Shown: positions 1 to 12,700, counted from the stretch's first letter. The stretch is DNA of 64,000 bases from Mobula hypostoma (GCF_963921235.1 NC_086109.1:37326001-37390000), one strand, 5' to 3'. Numbers and translations: made by a program. The notes: generated by a model not told the origin, from the letters alone.

Positions 1-178
1 ATAGAGTATTGTGAGCAGTTTTGGGTCCCTTATCTAAGAAAATATGTATTGGCATTTGGAGAGGATCCAGAGGAGGTTCACAAGAATGATTCTGGGAATG
101 GAAGGTTAGACTATTGATAAATACATATGTATGAGGAGCATTTGATGGCTCTGGATCTGTACTTGCTGGACTTTAGAA
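1..178 (+). mobile_element. Old CR1 LINE ORF2 3' fragment, left half; continues at 3334
   Basis: Decayed CR1 C-terminal coding pattern (EYCEQFW...QRRFTRMI...LYLLDFR). It breaks at ctttagaa (171-178) and resumes with ttttagaagaatgagggggg at 3334. Confidence 0.85.
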
Positions 179-399
179 CAGTGGTCCCCAACCATTGGGC
201 TGCAGACTGGTACCGGGCTGCCAAGCATGTGCTACTGGGCCGCAAGGAAACGATATGATTTGGTGATATGAGTCAGCTGCACCTTTCCTCATTCACTGTC
301 ACGCCCACCATTGAACTTGAACGCATGCGAGGTCATTACGCACGCGAGGTCATCACGCATGCGAGGTCATCAGTGACCCAAGACGCAAATGACCCAAGA

Positions 400-774
400 C
401 ATGCAAAGGAATGGGTCCATGACCCATTTGTGGATGTCCCCGGTGAATCATCCATGTCAGCGTGGGAAGAAGATCAACTCCTCGAGCTTGCAAATGACGA
501 TGGGCTGAAAAGTATGTTTGTCATAACATCTCTGCCAGCATTCTGGATCAAAGTCAAGGCTGAATATCCTGAGATAGCCATGAAAGCACTTAAAACGTTG
601 CTTCCATTTCCAAAATCATATTTCTGCGAAGCGGAGTTTTCTGCAATGAATGCAACGAAAACTAAATTGTGGAATAGACTGGACATAAGGAACCCCCTTC
701 GAGTATCACTGTCTCCTATCACCCCTTGATGGGGCCGTCTTGTTGCAGGAAAACAAGCCCAGGGCTCCCACTGA
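400..774 (+). pseudogene. hAT transposase C-terminal dimerisation-domain remnant (Buster/ZBED5/SCAND3-like)
   Basis: ORF 268-729 encodes EWVHDPF...FWIKVKAEYPEIAMKALKTLLPFPKSYFCEAEFSAMNATKTKLWNRLD. Reading through the TGA at 727-729 gives WGRLVAGKQAQGSH* ending at 774, a typical Charlie/Buster C-terminus. Confidence 0.85.
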
Positions 775-900
775 TTCAGCGATATTGGTGTGTAGCAATG
801 ATTTTATATGTTCATACGAGGAAAATATGTGCTGTGTGTTTAATATCCAAATGTTACTTAAAATGTTATGATGCTATTGACTTATAAGTGACTTATAATT

Positions 901-1243
901 CAGTGGGCCCCAACCTCCGGGCCGTGGACCAATACATCACTGCGAAGAACACAGCGGTACAGCGGTGGCTGGAACGCACCCAGCACATCTTTAAGAAAAA
1001 AGCTGAAATAAACAAGCTAATTAATTAGGTACCGCCTGGCACATAGTTAATTAGCTTGTTTATTTCAGCTTTAGTCGCCTCTGATCTGGGCCGACATTTA
1101 CGTGCTGGGCGGCACCTGATTAGTTAGCTTGTTTATTTGGGTTTTTTTGTTAAAGATGTGCTGGGTGCATTCCGACTACCGCTGCACCACTGCATTCTTC
1201 ATGGCGATGTATCGGTCCGCGGCCCGGAGGTTGGGAACCACTG
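901..1243. mobile_element. Palindromic hAT MITE nested in the hAT element
   Basis: TIRs cagtgggccccaacctccgggccg / cgcggcccggaggttgggaaccactg. Perfect 8-bp TSD ttataatt (893-900, 1244-1251). Long internal inverted repeats (aaataaacaagctaatt / aattagcttgtttattt). Confidence 0.9.
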
Positions 1244-1365
1244 TTATAATTAACTTATCACTATATTCATGCGAGGAAAATATACGCTGTGTGTTTAGTA
1301 TTAAATTTGTTAGATAAACCCTTTTAGAAACGAAATTGAGTGTATTAGCCACTTATAAGTGACTT

Positions 1366-3223
1366 AGAAACATAGAAACATAGCAAATAAGTGTAGGAGA
1401 AGGCCTTTCGGCCCTTCGAGCCTGCACCGCCATTCATTACGATCATGGCTGATCATCCAACTCAGAACCCTATACTTGCCTTCTCTCCATACCCCCTGAT
1501 CCCTTTAGCCACAAGGGCCATATCTAACTCCCTCTTAAATATAGCCAATGAACTGGCCTCAACTGTTTCCCGTGGCAGAGAATTCCACAGATTCACCACT
1601 CTCTGTGTGAAGAAGTTTTTCCTCATCTCGGTCCTAAAAGGTTTCCCCTTTATCCTCAAACTGTGACCTCTCGTTATGGACTTCCCCAACATTGGGAACA
1701 ATCTTTCCGCATCTAGCCTGTCCAATCACTTTAGAATTTTATACGTTTCAATCAGATCCCCCCTCAATCTTCTAAATTCCAACGAGTATAAACCTAGTTC
1801 ATCCAGTCTTTCATCATATGAAAGTCCTGCCATCCCAGGAATCAATCTGGTGAACCTTCTTTGTACTCCCTCTATGGCAAGGATGTCTTTCCTCAGATTA
1901 GGGGACCAAAACTGCACACAATACTCCAGGTGTGGTCTCACCAAGGCCTTGTACAACTGCAGTAGAACCTCCCTGCTTCTGTATTCGAATCCTCTTGCTA
2001 TGAATGCCAGCATACCATTCGCCTTTTTCACCGCCTGCTGTACCTGCATGCCAACTTTCAATGACTGGTGTACAATGACACCCAGGTCTCGTTGCACCTC
2101 CCCTTGTACAAATCGGCCACCATTCAGATAATAATCTGTTTTCCTGTTCTTGCCACCAAAGTGGATAACCTCACATTTATCCACGTTAAATTGCATCTGC
2201 CATGAATTTGCCCACTCATCTAACCTATCCAAGTCACTCTGCTTCCTCTTAGCATCCTCCTCAGAGCTAACACTGCCACCCAGCTTCGTGTCATCCGCAA
2301 ACTTGGGATGCTGCATTTAATTCCCTCGCCTGAGTCATTAATGTATATTGTAAACAACTGAGGTCCCAGCACTGAGCCTTGCGGTACCCCACTAGTCACT
2401 GCCTGCCATTCTGAAAAGGTCCCGTTTATTCCCACTCTTTGCCTCCTGTCTGCCAACCAATTCTCTATCCACATCAATACCATACCCCCAATACTGTGTG
2501 CTTTAAGTTTGCACACTAATCTCCTGTGTGGGACCTTGTCAAAAGCCTTTTGAAAATCCAAATATACCACATCCACTGGGTCTCCCCTATCCACTCTACT
2601 AGTTACATCCTCAAAAAATTCTATGAGATTCGTCAGACATGATTTTCCTTTCACAAATCCATGCTGGCTTTGTCCGATGATTTCACTGCTTTCCAAATGT
2701 GCTGTTATCACATCTTTGATAACTGACTCTAGCATTTTCTCCACCACCGATGTTAGGCTAACCGGTCTATAATTCCCCAGTTTCTCTCTCCCTCTTTTTT
2801 TAAAAAGCGGGGTTACATTAGCCACCCTCCAATCCTCAGGAACTAGTCCAGAATGTAAAGAGTTTTGAAAAATTATCACTAATGCATCCACTATTTCTTG
2901 GGCTACTTCCTTAAGCCCTGGGATGCAGACCATCTGGCCCTGGGGATTTATCTGCCTTCAATCCCTTCAATTTACCTAACGCCACTTCCCTACTAACATG
3001 TATTTCCCTCAGTTCCTCCATCTCACTAGACCCTCGGTCCCCTACTATTTCCAGAAGATTATTTATGTCCTCCTTAGTGAAGACAGAACCAAAGTAGTTA
3101 TTCAATTGGTCACCCATGTCTTTGTTCCCCATGATCAATTCACCTGTTTCTGACTGTAAGGGACTTACATTTGTCTTAACCAAACTTTTTCTTTTCCATA
3201 TCAATAAAAGCTTTAAAAGTCAA
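1366..3223 (-). mobile_element. Young 5'-truncated CR1 LINE (RT and 3' end) nested in the hAT element
   Basis: ORFs 2911-3204, 2220-2933, 1726-2316 and 1462-1725 give [38 protein letters not shown]. Tail (catagaaa)n at 1366-1384. Confidence 0.95.
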
Positions 3224-3333
3224 TTTATCACCTATATTCCAGTAGTGATTACCACACCCCCCGGTCAGATGGTCTGCAAGAATATTGTCAATATTAAACC
3301 GGTCCATGATGCAAAAAAGGTTGGGGACCATTG

Positions 3334-3715
3334 TTTTAGAAGAATGAGGGGGGATCTCATTGAAACCTATCAAATATTGAAAGGTCTGGATAGAATGAAC
3401 GTGTGGAGGAGTTTTCCTACACTGGGTGAGTCCAGGACCAGAGGGCACAGCCTAAGTGAAGAGGGTATCCATTTAGAACAGTGATGAGGAGCAATTATTC
3501 AGCCAGAGGGGAGTGAATTTGTGGAATTCATCACTACCGGCAACTCAGGGGGCCAAGTCATTGAGGTTGACAGGTTCTTGATTAGTCAGGAATCAAAGGT
3601 TACAGTTAGAAGGCAGGAGAATGGTGTTGAGAAGGATAATAAATCAGCCATGACAGAATGGTGGAGCAAACTCAATGGGCTGAATGGCTGAATTCCGCAC
3701 CTATGTCTTGTGGTT
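3334..3715 (+). mobile_element. Old CR1 3' end, right half of the element starting at 1
   Basis: RRMRGDLIETYQILKGLDR...SRTRGHSL followed by a CR1-type 3' UTR. Confidence 0.85.
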
Positions 3716-4545
3716 TTAAGGCTATATGATGTAACTTACTAATATTTACTGAATTTAGATGCATACTCAAATTGAAGCATTCAAGCAGGCAGCTTCAAAT
3801 TTCCAAATTGTCAGATCAATATCGTCCTAAAGACAATGCAAAAGATTTGCAGCTTCTGGCAAAATAAGTACCCTTCCATATGTCATTTTCCACTGTTGCT
3901 CACTGAAAATTAAATTGCTTGATCCACTAAAATTAAAGACATTTGTCATCATCCAATATAAGACATCAGCATAATGCAACAGCCACAAGGTTCTTAAATT
4001 CACAATCCAATTCTATGGTTTCTGTAAACATCACTAAATCGTGGAGCATCACAAATTAAACTTATGATAGATGAGGTTATTTGGAAATAATTGCATTATT
4101 TTCTTATCTCAGTGACCAATTAAAATGTTTTTGAATTGTTTACAGTTTAGTTTTATAGATGTAATTTTTAATACAGTTAGGTGAAACACAGTCCACCTTC
4201 TGTCAGTCCATCGTATCTTCCCCCAGTAAACAGAAGACACCAGAACTAATACATCAGTGTAGTGCCAACAATCCATGACAAATTGCAGGGCTTTGTGTTG
4301 CAATCTGATTATTAGTCAATGAATACACAAATAAAAGTTCCTTCTCTCTCACAACTCCGTGTATTACACTGTTGAATTGTGAGTTCTGACTTTTACTTAA
4401 TGTTTGAATATTTTAGTCTGTGCCGGTACAATATTAAGTGAAAAAGGATAATTTTAAATAAACCCAATGGTTTCAAAGTGCAGTTTACCTTTAGTGAGCC
4501 CATCAGATTTTTCTCTAGAGCTGTACACTGGTGCAGTGCACTGAG

Positions 4546-4757
4546 CTAGAGGAACTCAGCAGGTTAGACAGGACTGTAGGAATAAAGAGCCAACATTTCA
4601 GGCCGAGACCTTCATCAGGGCTCTGATCAGGTGACCTTTATCAGATCCTGATGAAAGGTCTCAGCCTGAAGTGTCAGCTCTTTTTCCCTTCTCCTTGTAT
4701 GCTGCCTGACCTGTTGTGTTACTCTGGATTTCCAGCATCTGAAGAATCTCTTGTGTT
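4546..4757. mobile_element. Palindromic Penelope-terminal mini-element with decayed hammerhead motifs on both strands
   Basis: Left arm catttcaggccgagaccttcatcagg; right arm cctgatgaaaggtctcagcctgaag. Diverged candidate TSD tgcagtgcactgag (4532-4545) / tgcaatacgctgag (4758-4771). Confidence 0.7.
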
Positions 4758-5110
4758 TGCAATACGCTGAGGCTGAGTTGACTTTCAGTATGTAGTCTTG
4801 TGTTTCTATTGTTCAAAACCCCTCAGGCACTGCTTTTGATAGTTCAATAGCTCATAGATTTAATGCATAGAAAGGAGCTCATTTTCACTGAAATTGACAG
4901 AGGGATTTTGCTCACATCAGTGGGTGCTAAAATCCCGGCCAGCTCCAGTCAAATGAGGATCTAAGACATTTGGAGAGTTCGAAGGCATGCATGCCCTTTC
5001 TCCAGTCCGATAGATCGACAGTAGAAGGTTAACTCAGGCCTCAGCATCCGATGAAGCAGTGGCGGCCTTTGTGGTAGATTGATAAATACAGTGAATATGG
5101 CATTTTGGAG

Positions 5111-7545
5111 ACATGGAAACATAGAAACATAGAAAACCTACAGCACAATACAGGCCCTTCGGCCCACAAAACTGTGCCGAACATGTCCCTACCTTAGAAC
5201 TACCTAGGCTTTACCCATAGCCCTCTACTTTTCTAAGCTCCATGTAGCCATCCAGGAGTCTCTTAAAAGACCCTATCATTTCCACCTCCACTGCTGCTGC
5301 TGGCAGCCCATTCCACACACTCACCACTCTCTGCGTAAAAAACTTATCTCTGACATTTCCTCTGTACCTGCTTCCAAGCACCTTAGAACTATGCCCTCTC
5401 GTGCTAGCCATTTCACCCCTGGGGAAAAGCCTCTGACTATGCACACGATCAATGCCTCTCATTATCCAGTACACCTGTATCAGGTCACCATTCATCCTCC
5501 GTCGCTGCAAGGAAAAAAGGCCAAGTTCACTCAACCTTTTCTCATAAGGCATGCTCCCCAATCCAGGCAACATCCTCGTAAATCTCCTCTGCACCCTTTC
5601 TATGGTTTCCACATCATTCCTGTAGTGAGATTAGATTAGATTCAACTTTATTGTCATTGTGCCGAGTACAGATACAAAGCCAATGAAATGCAGTTATCAT
5701 CTAACCAGAAATGCAAAGAATAGTGTTATTTACAAAATAACTACGAATAAAATGTAAGTGCTACAGCACACAAATATAAAAGTACTGAGACAGTACAATA
5801 TGGATGAAATATTGCTTAGCACTGTGATGTGAGGTTCAGCAGGGTCACAGCCTCAGGGAAGAAGCTCCTACTCTGCCTGCTGGTGCGGGAACAGAGGCTC
5901 CTGTATCACCTACCAGATGGGAGGAGAGTAAAAAGTCCATGGTTAGGGTGAGATGCATCCTTGATAATTCTTTTCACCTGCCCAGGCAGTGTTTATGGTA
6001 GATGCTCTCAATGGTGGGCAATTGGGTGCTGTTAATCCGCTGGGCAGTTTTTGCCACACGCTGGAGTGCTTTGCAGTCTGATATGGGACAATTTCCAAAC
6101 CACACTGAGATGCAGTTGGTATGAGAGGCGACCAGAATTGAGCACAATACTCCAAGTGGGATCTGACCAGGGTCCTATATAGCTGCAATATTACCTCTCG
6201 GCTCTTAAACTCAATCCCACAATTGCTGAAGGCCAATGCACCATATGACTTCTTAACCACAGTCAACCTGCGTAGCAGCTTTGAGTGTCCTATGGACTCA
6301 GACACCAAGATCCCTCTGATCTTCCACACTGCCAAGAGTCTGACCATTAATGCTATATTCTGCCATTATATTTGACGTACCAAAATGAACCACCTCACAC
6401 TTATCTGAGTTGAAATCCATCTACTACTTCTCAGCTCAGTTTTGCACCCTATCAATGTCCCATTGTAACCTCTGACAGCCCACCACACTATCCACAACAC
6501 CCCCAACCTTTGTGTCATCAGCAAATTTACTAACCCATCCCTCCACTTCTTCATCCAGGTCATTTATAAAAATCACAAAGAGTAGGGGTCCCAGAACAGA
6601 TCCCTGAGGCACAACACTGGTCACCAACCTCCTTGCAGAAAATGACCCGTCTACAACCACTCTTTGCCTTCTGTGGGCAAGCCAGTTCTGGATCCACAAA
6701 GCAATGTCCCCTTTGATCCCATGCCTCCTTACTTTCTCAATAAGCCTTGTATGGGGTACCTTGTCAAATACCTTGCTAAAATCCATATACACTACATTTG
6801 TGGCTCTAGCTTTGTCAATGTGTTTAGTCACATCCTCAAAAATTTCGATAAGGCTCATAAGGCACTATGTGCCTTTCACAAAGCTATGCCGACTATTCCT
6901 AATCATATTATGCTTCTCCAAATGTTCATAAATCCTGCCTCTCAGGATCTTCTCCATCAACTTTCCAACCACTGGAGTAAGACTCACTGGCCTATAATTT
7001 CCTGGGCTATCTCTACTCCCTTTCTTAAATCAGGGAAGAACATCTGTAACCCTCCAATCCTCTGGAATCTTTCCTGTCCTCATTGATGATACAAAGATCA
7101 TCGCCAGAGGCTCAGCAATCTCCTCCCTCGCTTCCCACAGTAGCCTGGGGTACATCTCGTCCAGTCCCGGTGACTTATCTAACTTAATGCTTTCCAAAAG
7201 CTCCAGCACATCCTGTTCCTTAATATCTGCATGCTCAAGCTTTTCAGTCCACTGCAAGTTATCCCTACAATCACCAAGGTCCTTTTCCGTAGTGAATACT
7301 GAAGCAAAATATTCATTAAGTACCTCCGCTATTTCCATCAGTTCCATACACACTTTTCCACTGTCACACTTAATTGGTCCTGTTCTCTCACGTCTTATCC
7401 TCTTGCTCTTCACATACTTGTAGAAGGCCTTGGGGTTTCCTTAATCCTGTCTGCCAAGGCCTTCTCATGGTCCCTTCTGGCTCTCCTAATTTCATTCTTA
7501 AGCTCCTTCCTGCTAGCATTATAACCTTCGAGATTCTTATCATTA
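5111..7545 (-). mobile_element. CR1 LINE (RT and 3' end) interrupted by a Rex1 fragment
   Basis: ORFs 7030-7413, 6436-6858 ([14 protein letters not shown]) and 5211-5612. Tail catagaaacatagaaa at about 5120-5137. Confidence 0.92.
5630..6124 (-). mobile_element. Rex1/Babar LINE 3' end nested in CR1
   Basis: Tail (attag)n followed by tttattgtcatt. Rex1-type C-terminal coding remnant (revcomp reads ...LLPSGR.YRSL...SFFP.AV). The CR1 reading tcctgtagtgag|gcgaccag is split around it. Confidence 0.8.
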
Positions 7546-7584
7546 CCTTTTGTGTAATTGCACAGTTTGTGTAATCTAAAATGA

Positions 7585-8640
7585 ATGTCCACAGTCAGTT
7601 TGTGTTGACAGAAACATCTCTAACTCCATCACATTGAACACTGGTGACCCACCTTTCCCAGCCTGCGGCTGACACACCGCTCGATCTAATTGAAATGAAA
7701 TCATCAAGTTAATCGATGACACGACGGTGGTTGACCTCATCAACAGCAATGGCGAGATGGCATGCAGAGAAAAGGTAGAGTGGCTGGTGGAATGGTGCGA
7801 GCACAACAACTTGAATCTCAACGTGGACAAGGCCAAAGGGATGATTATGGATTTTAGTAAGGTGCAGGCTGGCAGCTCCTCACTGCATATAAATGGATCT
7901 TCCATGGAGAGAGTTAGGAGCACTATTTCTGGGAGTGCATTTAACAGATTATCTCACCTGGCCCATCAACACCACTTCCTTAGTCAAGAGAGCACTGCAG
8001 CATCTTGACTTCATGAGGAGACTGAGGCAAGCGACACTCCAACCACCCCCCACTCCCCACCACCCCCCTCCCCTCCTCCCTGGCGACCAACCCCATTCTC
8101 ACTAACTTTTACAGGAGACCAGCTGCGTCACCGTCTGGTATGGAAATTGCAAGACGTCAGTCCACAGGTCGCTACAAAGGACTGAGCAGACTGCTGAGGG
8201 AACCACTGGGGTCTCTCCTCCACCCATCAGAGATATTTATTCAGAGCGCTGCACGTGCAGGGCACTTAGCATTGTTGATGATCCCTCCCATCCATCCATC
8301 CAACAACCTCTTTGACCCCCTCCCCCCCCCCACCCCAGCCATCAGGCAAGAGTTACCACAGCATTTAGACAAGAAATGCTCAGATGGGAAACAGCTCCTT
8401 TCCCCCAGGCTGTAAGACTACTGAACTCCCTGCCACCACCCAGGTCTCATCACGTAAGAGGTGCCAGTGGTGTTATACCGTTTACTTTATAACTTGTGTT
8501 GTAAATGCACCTTTTTATTTGTAATTTGTTAATTTGTTAATTATACATACTGTGTTGTGCACCTTGGTCTGGAGGAATGTTGTTTCTTTTGGTGGTATAA
8601 CATGTGTATGGTTGAATGACAATAAACTGAAACTGAACTT
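7585..8640 (+). mobile_element. Rex1/Babar LINE 3' fragment (RT remnant and 3' UTR)
   Basis: ITLNTG, DDTTVVDLI, WCEHNNLNLNVDKAKGMIMDF, FLGVHLTDYLTW. 3' end gacaataaactgaaactgaact. Confidence 0.85.
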
Positions 8641-8699
8641 GTTGTCCTCATATACATTCAGCCTGGTTGTGAGGGTCACATTACAGAAAAAGGAAGCCT

Positions 8700-9330
8700 A
8701 GCATCTGGAATTGTGTGGTACTTTGGTGATTCAAGGCAAAGTAAGTGAAGTAATTCTGAAGCACGTACCTGAAGGACAACCAGATATGTTTCCTATAAAG
8801 CTAATTGTCAGAAATATTATCTGGTGGCCTGGAGTAATCAAGAACTTGCAAGACACACTCATGTCATGGAAACAATAACACAACAATCCACCAATAGTTC
8901 TTCTCAATTGCTGATCCTGACAAACAATGTTTAGGCCACACATATACTTTTCAGATCCACTTACAGGAAGAATGTTCATGATTGTAGCAGCTACACATTC
9001 TAAGTAAATGGCAGTTGTTCAAATTCTGTATTTCACAACTGAGGATGATCTTTGCTACAATTGATTGCTTACAGTGAACAATGAAAAGCAAATTCACCAG
9101 CGCTCGCACTTGCCCAGTTTCTCGGAAGAAATGCAGTATCTTCCTGCTCAGCTCCACAACTCTGATGGGCTGCCTACAACAGCGCTGACTGTAAAAGATG
9201 GTCTAAAAAGGTACGGGGAGCTGGCACTGCATATTTGTTATTTCATCATTGAAATATGATAGACAACACTGCCAGACAGACATACTTACAGGAAGACGTG
9301 TCAGAGCAAACTTGGTTTTGTAAAGCCTGT
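8700..9330 (+). pseudogene. Ancient Gypsy (K02A2.6-like) integrase fossil
   Basis: Manual translation: EGQPDMFPIKLIVRNIIWWPGV (cf. EGHPG..MK.LARSYVWWPG), RPHIYFSDPLTGRMFMIVAATHSK* (cf. RIHIDFAGPF.GKMFLIVVDAHSKW), SDGL...TVKDGLK (cf. SNGLAER..TVK.GLK). Many stops and frameshifts. Confidence 0.75.
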
Positions 9331-9824
9331 ATTTTTCAGGCACACAAAGTACATAGAACATCATAGCAGCAGAACTTAAGATCATGTTTGGAATTAGATG
9401 TGTTTTTTTTATTTAGTCAGTCACAAAATATAAATATCACTGTAAACACTAGCATTTATATGAGTTTTATTGACCTGAATGGAGGAAGCGGTTAGAAACT
9501 TGAAAGACTAAGGGGTCGAGGTCTGAGCTGCCTCCTCAGTTCAGAGACAATAAAAGAAGGCAGTTAAGACCTCAGCCCACTCGTATATTGAGGTCATAAC
9601 TGCCTCCACAGATCAGGAGCAATAAAACCTGGATAAATGCTGGTATTTCCAGTGATAGAACAGAGGCCTAATTTATTCAGTGTCTTCTGATGAAAGGTAC
9701 ACAGCACCCCAACAACTATTCTAGATAATTTTTATCATGGCCTTTGTTGAACGTCTGCCATTATCAATATTCTGTGAATACTGTGCAAGTAATTGTGGCT
9801 TCTACATAAATTTTCACATAGCAT

Positions 9825-10320
9825 CACTGAGTCACGAAGCACTACAGCACAGAAACAGATGCTTTTACCCATCCACACTGTGCCAAACCTTTACTCTGCT
9901 TGGCCACGTCAACCGCCACCTGGACAATTGCCCTTCCTACCCCTCCCATCCATGTACCTCTGCAAACGTCTCTTAAATTTTACAATCAAAGTGACATCCA
10001 CCACTTCTGTTGGATACTCATTCCACATTTGTACCACCCTCTGTTACCCAGAAGATCCCCCTCAGGTTCCCCTTAAATATTACACCTTTCACCTTAAACT
10101 ATAACCTCTTGTTCTAGTTTCACCCAACCTCAGTGGAAAAAGCCTGCTTGCATTTACTCTAACTATACTCCTTACAATTTTGTGTACCTCTATCAAATCT
10201 CCCCTCGTTCTCCTACACTCCAGGGAATGAAGTGCCAACCCATTGAAACTTTCTCTATAAGCCGGATCCTCAAGTTCCGATCACATCTTTGTTAATTTTC
10301 TTTATACTGCACTCTTTAAA
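9825..10320 (-). mobile_element. CR1 3' fragment
   Basis: Similar to 56218-56700 (cctcagtggaaaaagcctgcttgcatt, tacctctatcaaatctcccctc). Confidence 0.85.
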
Positions 10321-11894
10321 CTATTAAAACTAACATATTAAACTACTAAAATATAAGTATTTTACTCACTATTTGAAAACACCATAATAATATATCCAAA
10401 GTTGAAGTTCTCTTTCACCTATTGAAACACTAAGAACCAGAATGTTTAATTAGAAGGTCAATAATTTATGTGTGTACAAATATTTCAAATACTTTTCCTC
10501 ATTTATTCATCAACAGTTCTAAGAGATCATGTGCTACTGTGGTGTCAGAATTGGTATTTCTTGAACATCAAGAAATCTTTTGTTGTCTTGTAGAATAAAT
10601 TAAACTGAAGTGATATTTGCTAATTAGGGAATAACATTTAGACAATAATGCACTTGTACCAACATTCCCTTTAAATTCCAATTGTCAACTTCTGACCTAT
10701 ATCAATAAGTTGACAAGATTTTTTTAAGCTCGGCAACTGTAAAAGTTAATTTTCATTTACAGAGTTTTCTTTTTTTAAAAGTATCACTTGCATTATTTCA
10801 TTTTCTAGAGCATTCAGGATGTATAATGACAAGCAAGCACAGAAAGTAAATCTAATTTCATATATTTAATGATGAATATCTCACTGGAATATTATTTTAA
10901 TGAAGCTTTTGGAGTGGCATATTTCCCAATTGAATTGCACTTGTGTAACTGTCCCACACATGAAAGTTAACCTGGAAATGGGTGTACTTTTTAATTATAA
11001 AACTGCTAATTGTGGAAAAAAAATGACAGAATCAAAGTCTTTATTAACCTTACAAAATTGATATAGAGTAACCAGTGGGATTAGGGTTTTAATTTGCAGT
11101 CGCTAAATTGCTGACTTTTTTACCACGTGCTTTTTTTTTGCCACACTGAAATTTGTAACGTTTAATAACAACAAACTGCACACTTTAGCAAGGATCCTTA
11201 TGTTATCCATCAAACTCAAAACATCTGCAAGGATTGCTGCAGTAATTTTCTATTATAGAGAAAAACAAATTTGGCAATGCATTTCCCTGTTTTGCTTCAG
11301 GGTATTGTCTTTGCAAGGCATCAGGATGTATAATATTCTGCAAGTGTCAAGTATTAATTAGAATTCATTCTTTTTTGACCAACTTAAACCTACACTATTC
11401 ACAGTCAAATCTGCTTTGCTTTCCAAGCACGTTAAAGCCATGTCACTTGAGACCTCTAATTACACCACCATCTGTCTGCCTTATTCTACCCTTCAGTTCA
11501 TAAAAGCAAGCTGCAATGCCAAATGTTTTGATCTGTCTCAAGTCAATTGAAGAACAATCCTTACACACAAACATTATGAATAGGGATAATAAAACAAACT
11601 TTACTGTGTTCTGTGATTGTATACATGAATGGAAATGACTGCAAATAGCTTGTGGAAGTAAGACAATGAGGACTAAGAGCAGGAGTAAACTATTCTGTTC
11701 AGTCTGCTCCTCCACTTAATAGGATCACAGTTTATAGGATAATCCATCTTGGCCATTTTCTTGCTCTTTTCCTGTAACCTTAATTGTGTTACTGACTGGA
11801 TATCTGTATCTGCTTTATATATATATAATATAAACACATATACACGGAAATAGACCCCACAGCTCTCACCGGCAATCCTCTGATAGAAGACATC

Positions 11895-12700
11895 CAAAGT
11901 TTAAAGTACATTTATTATCAAAGAATGTATAAATTATACATCTTTGACATTTGATTGCTTACAGGCAGCCACAAAGCAAGAAACCCAAAGAACCCAATTG
12001 AAATGAAATAAGGACTAACACCCTATGCACAGTGAAAAGGGCTAAAAACACAAATCATGCAAACAATAGAAGTAAACAAAAACATCCCAAACCAAAGTAA
12101 GTCCTTAGGTCCGAACCCCGGAGCAGCCTAAAGTAGGCCCAAGCCTGGGTATCAATCCATCATATTAGCAGGCATGGAGCACATCAGCTGGGGAGCAGTC
12201 TTCATCGCCTCAGTGTCCTGGAGAGAGGAGTGAATATCATGGAAGAGTAAGCAAAACTTGGTTCTCAACTATGATCCTGACACCCTATCTTTCCAGTAAA
12301 TCGTTTAAATTGTCCAAACAGCGTATCATACCTCATACTAGGGCCTGGGCACTGCTGTAGTGAAAGGCTCCGGGCCTGAAACGTGCCGCTCAGGAACTCG
12401 CTCCAGCCCAGGTTTTGCTGCTCTTGATTTCTCCAAATAGGCTCAGCACCCAAAGCGATCCAACCTCACACCCAGGCCAGTTGTACAGGCATCCGAACTC
12501 CCCTGCCTCAACTTCTCCTCTTTTAATGGCTCACTCCATCTGCGTTGACTGTCCAATGCAGCAGCATGGTTCATCCCTCGAATTCTCTTTGCCTTCTTTA
12601 TCCTTCTTTATCTTAATCATGAATGGGCACCTTTTATTCCGAAACTACGTTCTCCCTGATGTGGAACTGTAACATCAAGACTCCAAGGTTAGCTGTAATA
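11895..12700 (-). mobile_element. Non-coding repeat with Rex1-like 3' tail (putative non-autonomous retroposon, family A)
   Basis: Starts aaagtttaaagtacatttattatcaaag like the Rex1 tail at about 42975. Colinear similarity to 28015-28470. The far boundary is approximate. Confidence 0.6.

Larger units (their letters stand above)
179..3333 (+). mobile_element. Non-autonomous hAT (Charlie/Buster-type) DNA transposon containing two nested insertions
   Basis: TIRs cagtggtccccaacc (179-193) and ggttggggaccattg (3319-3333). 8-bp TSD ctttagaa/ttttagaa (7/8). Internal transposase C-terminal remnant. Confidence 0.9.

Noticed and set aside
1676..2131. 151-aa plus-strand ORF, and similar ORFs at 6664-7086, 18624-19016, 19046-19327 and 56338-56616
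   Set aside because: Antisense shadows of CR1 ORF2. They recur in each CR1 copy and have no independent gene signals.
4109..4303. 64-aa ORF or possible exon in unique sequence
   Set aside because: No recognisable homology, and the alternative minus-strand frames are closed.
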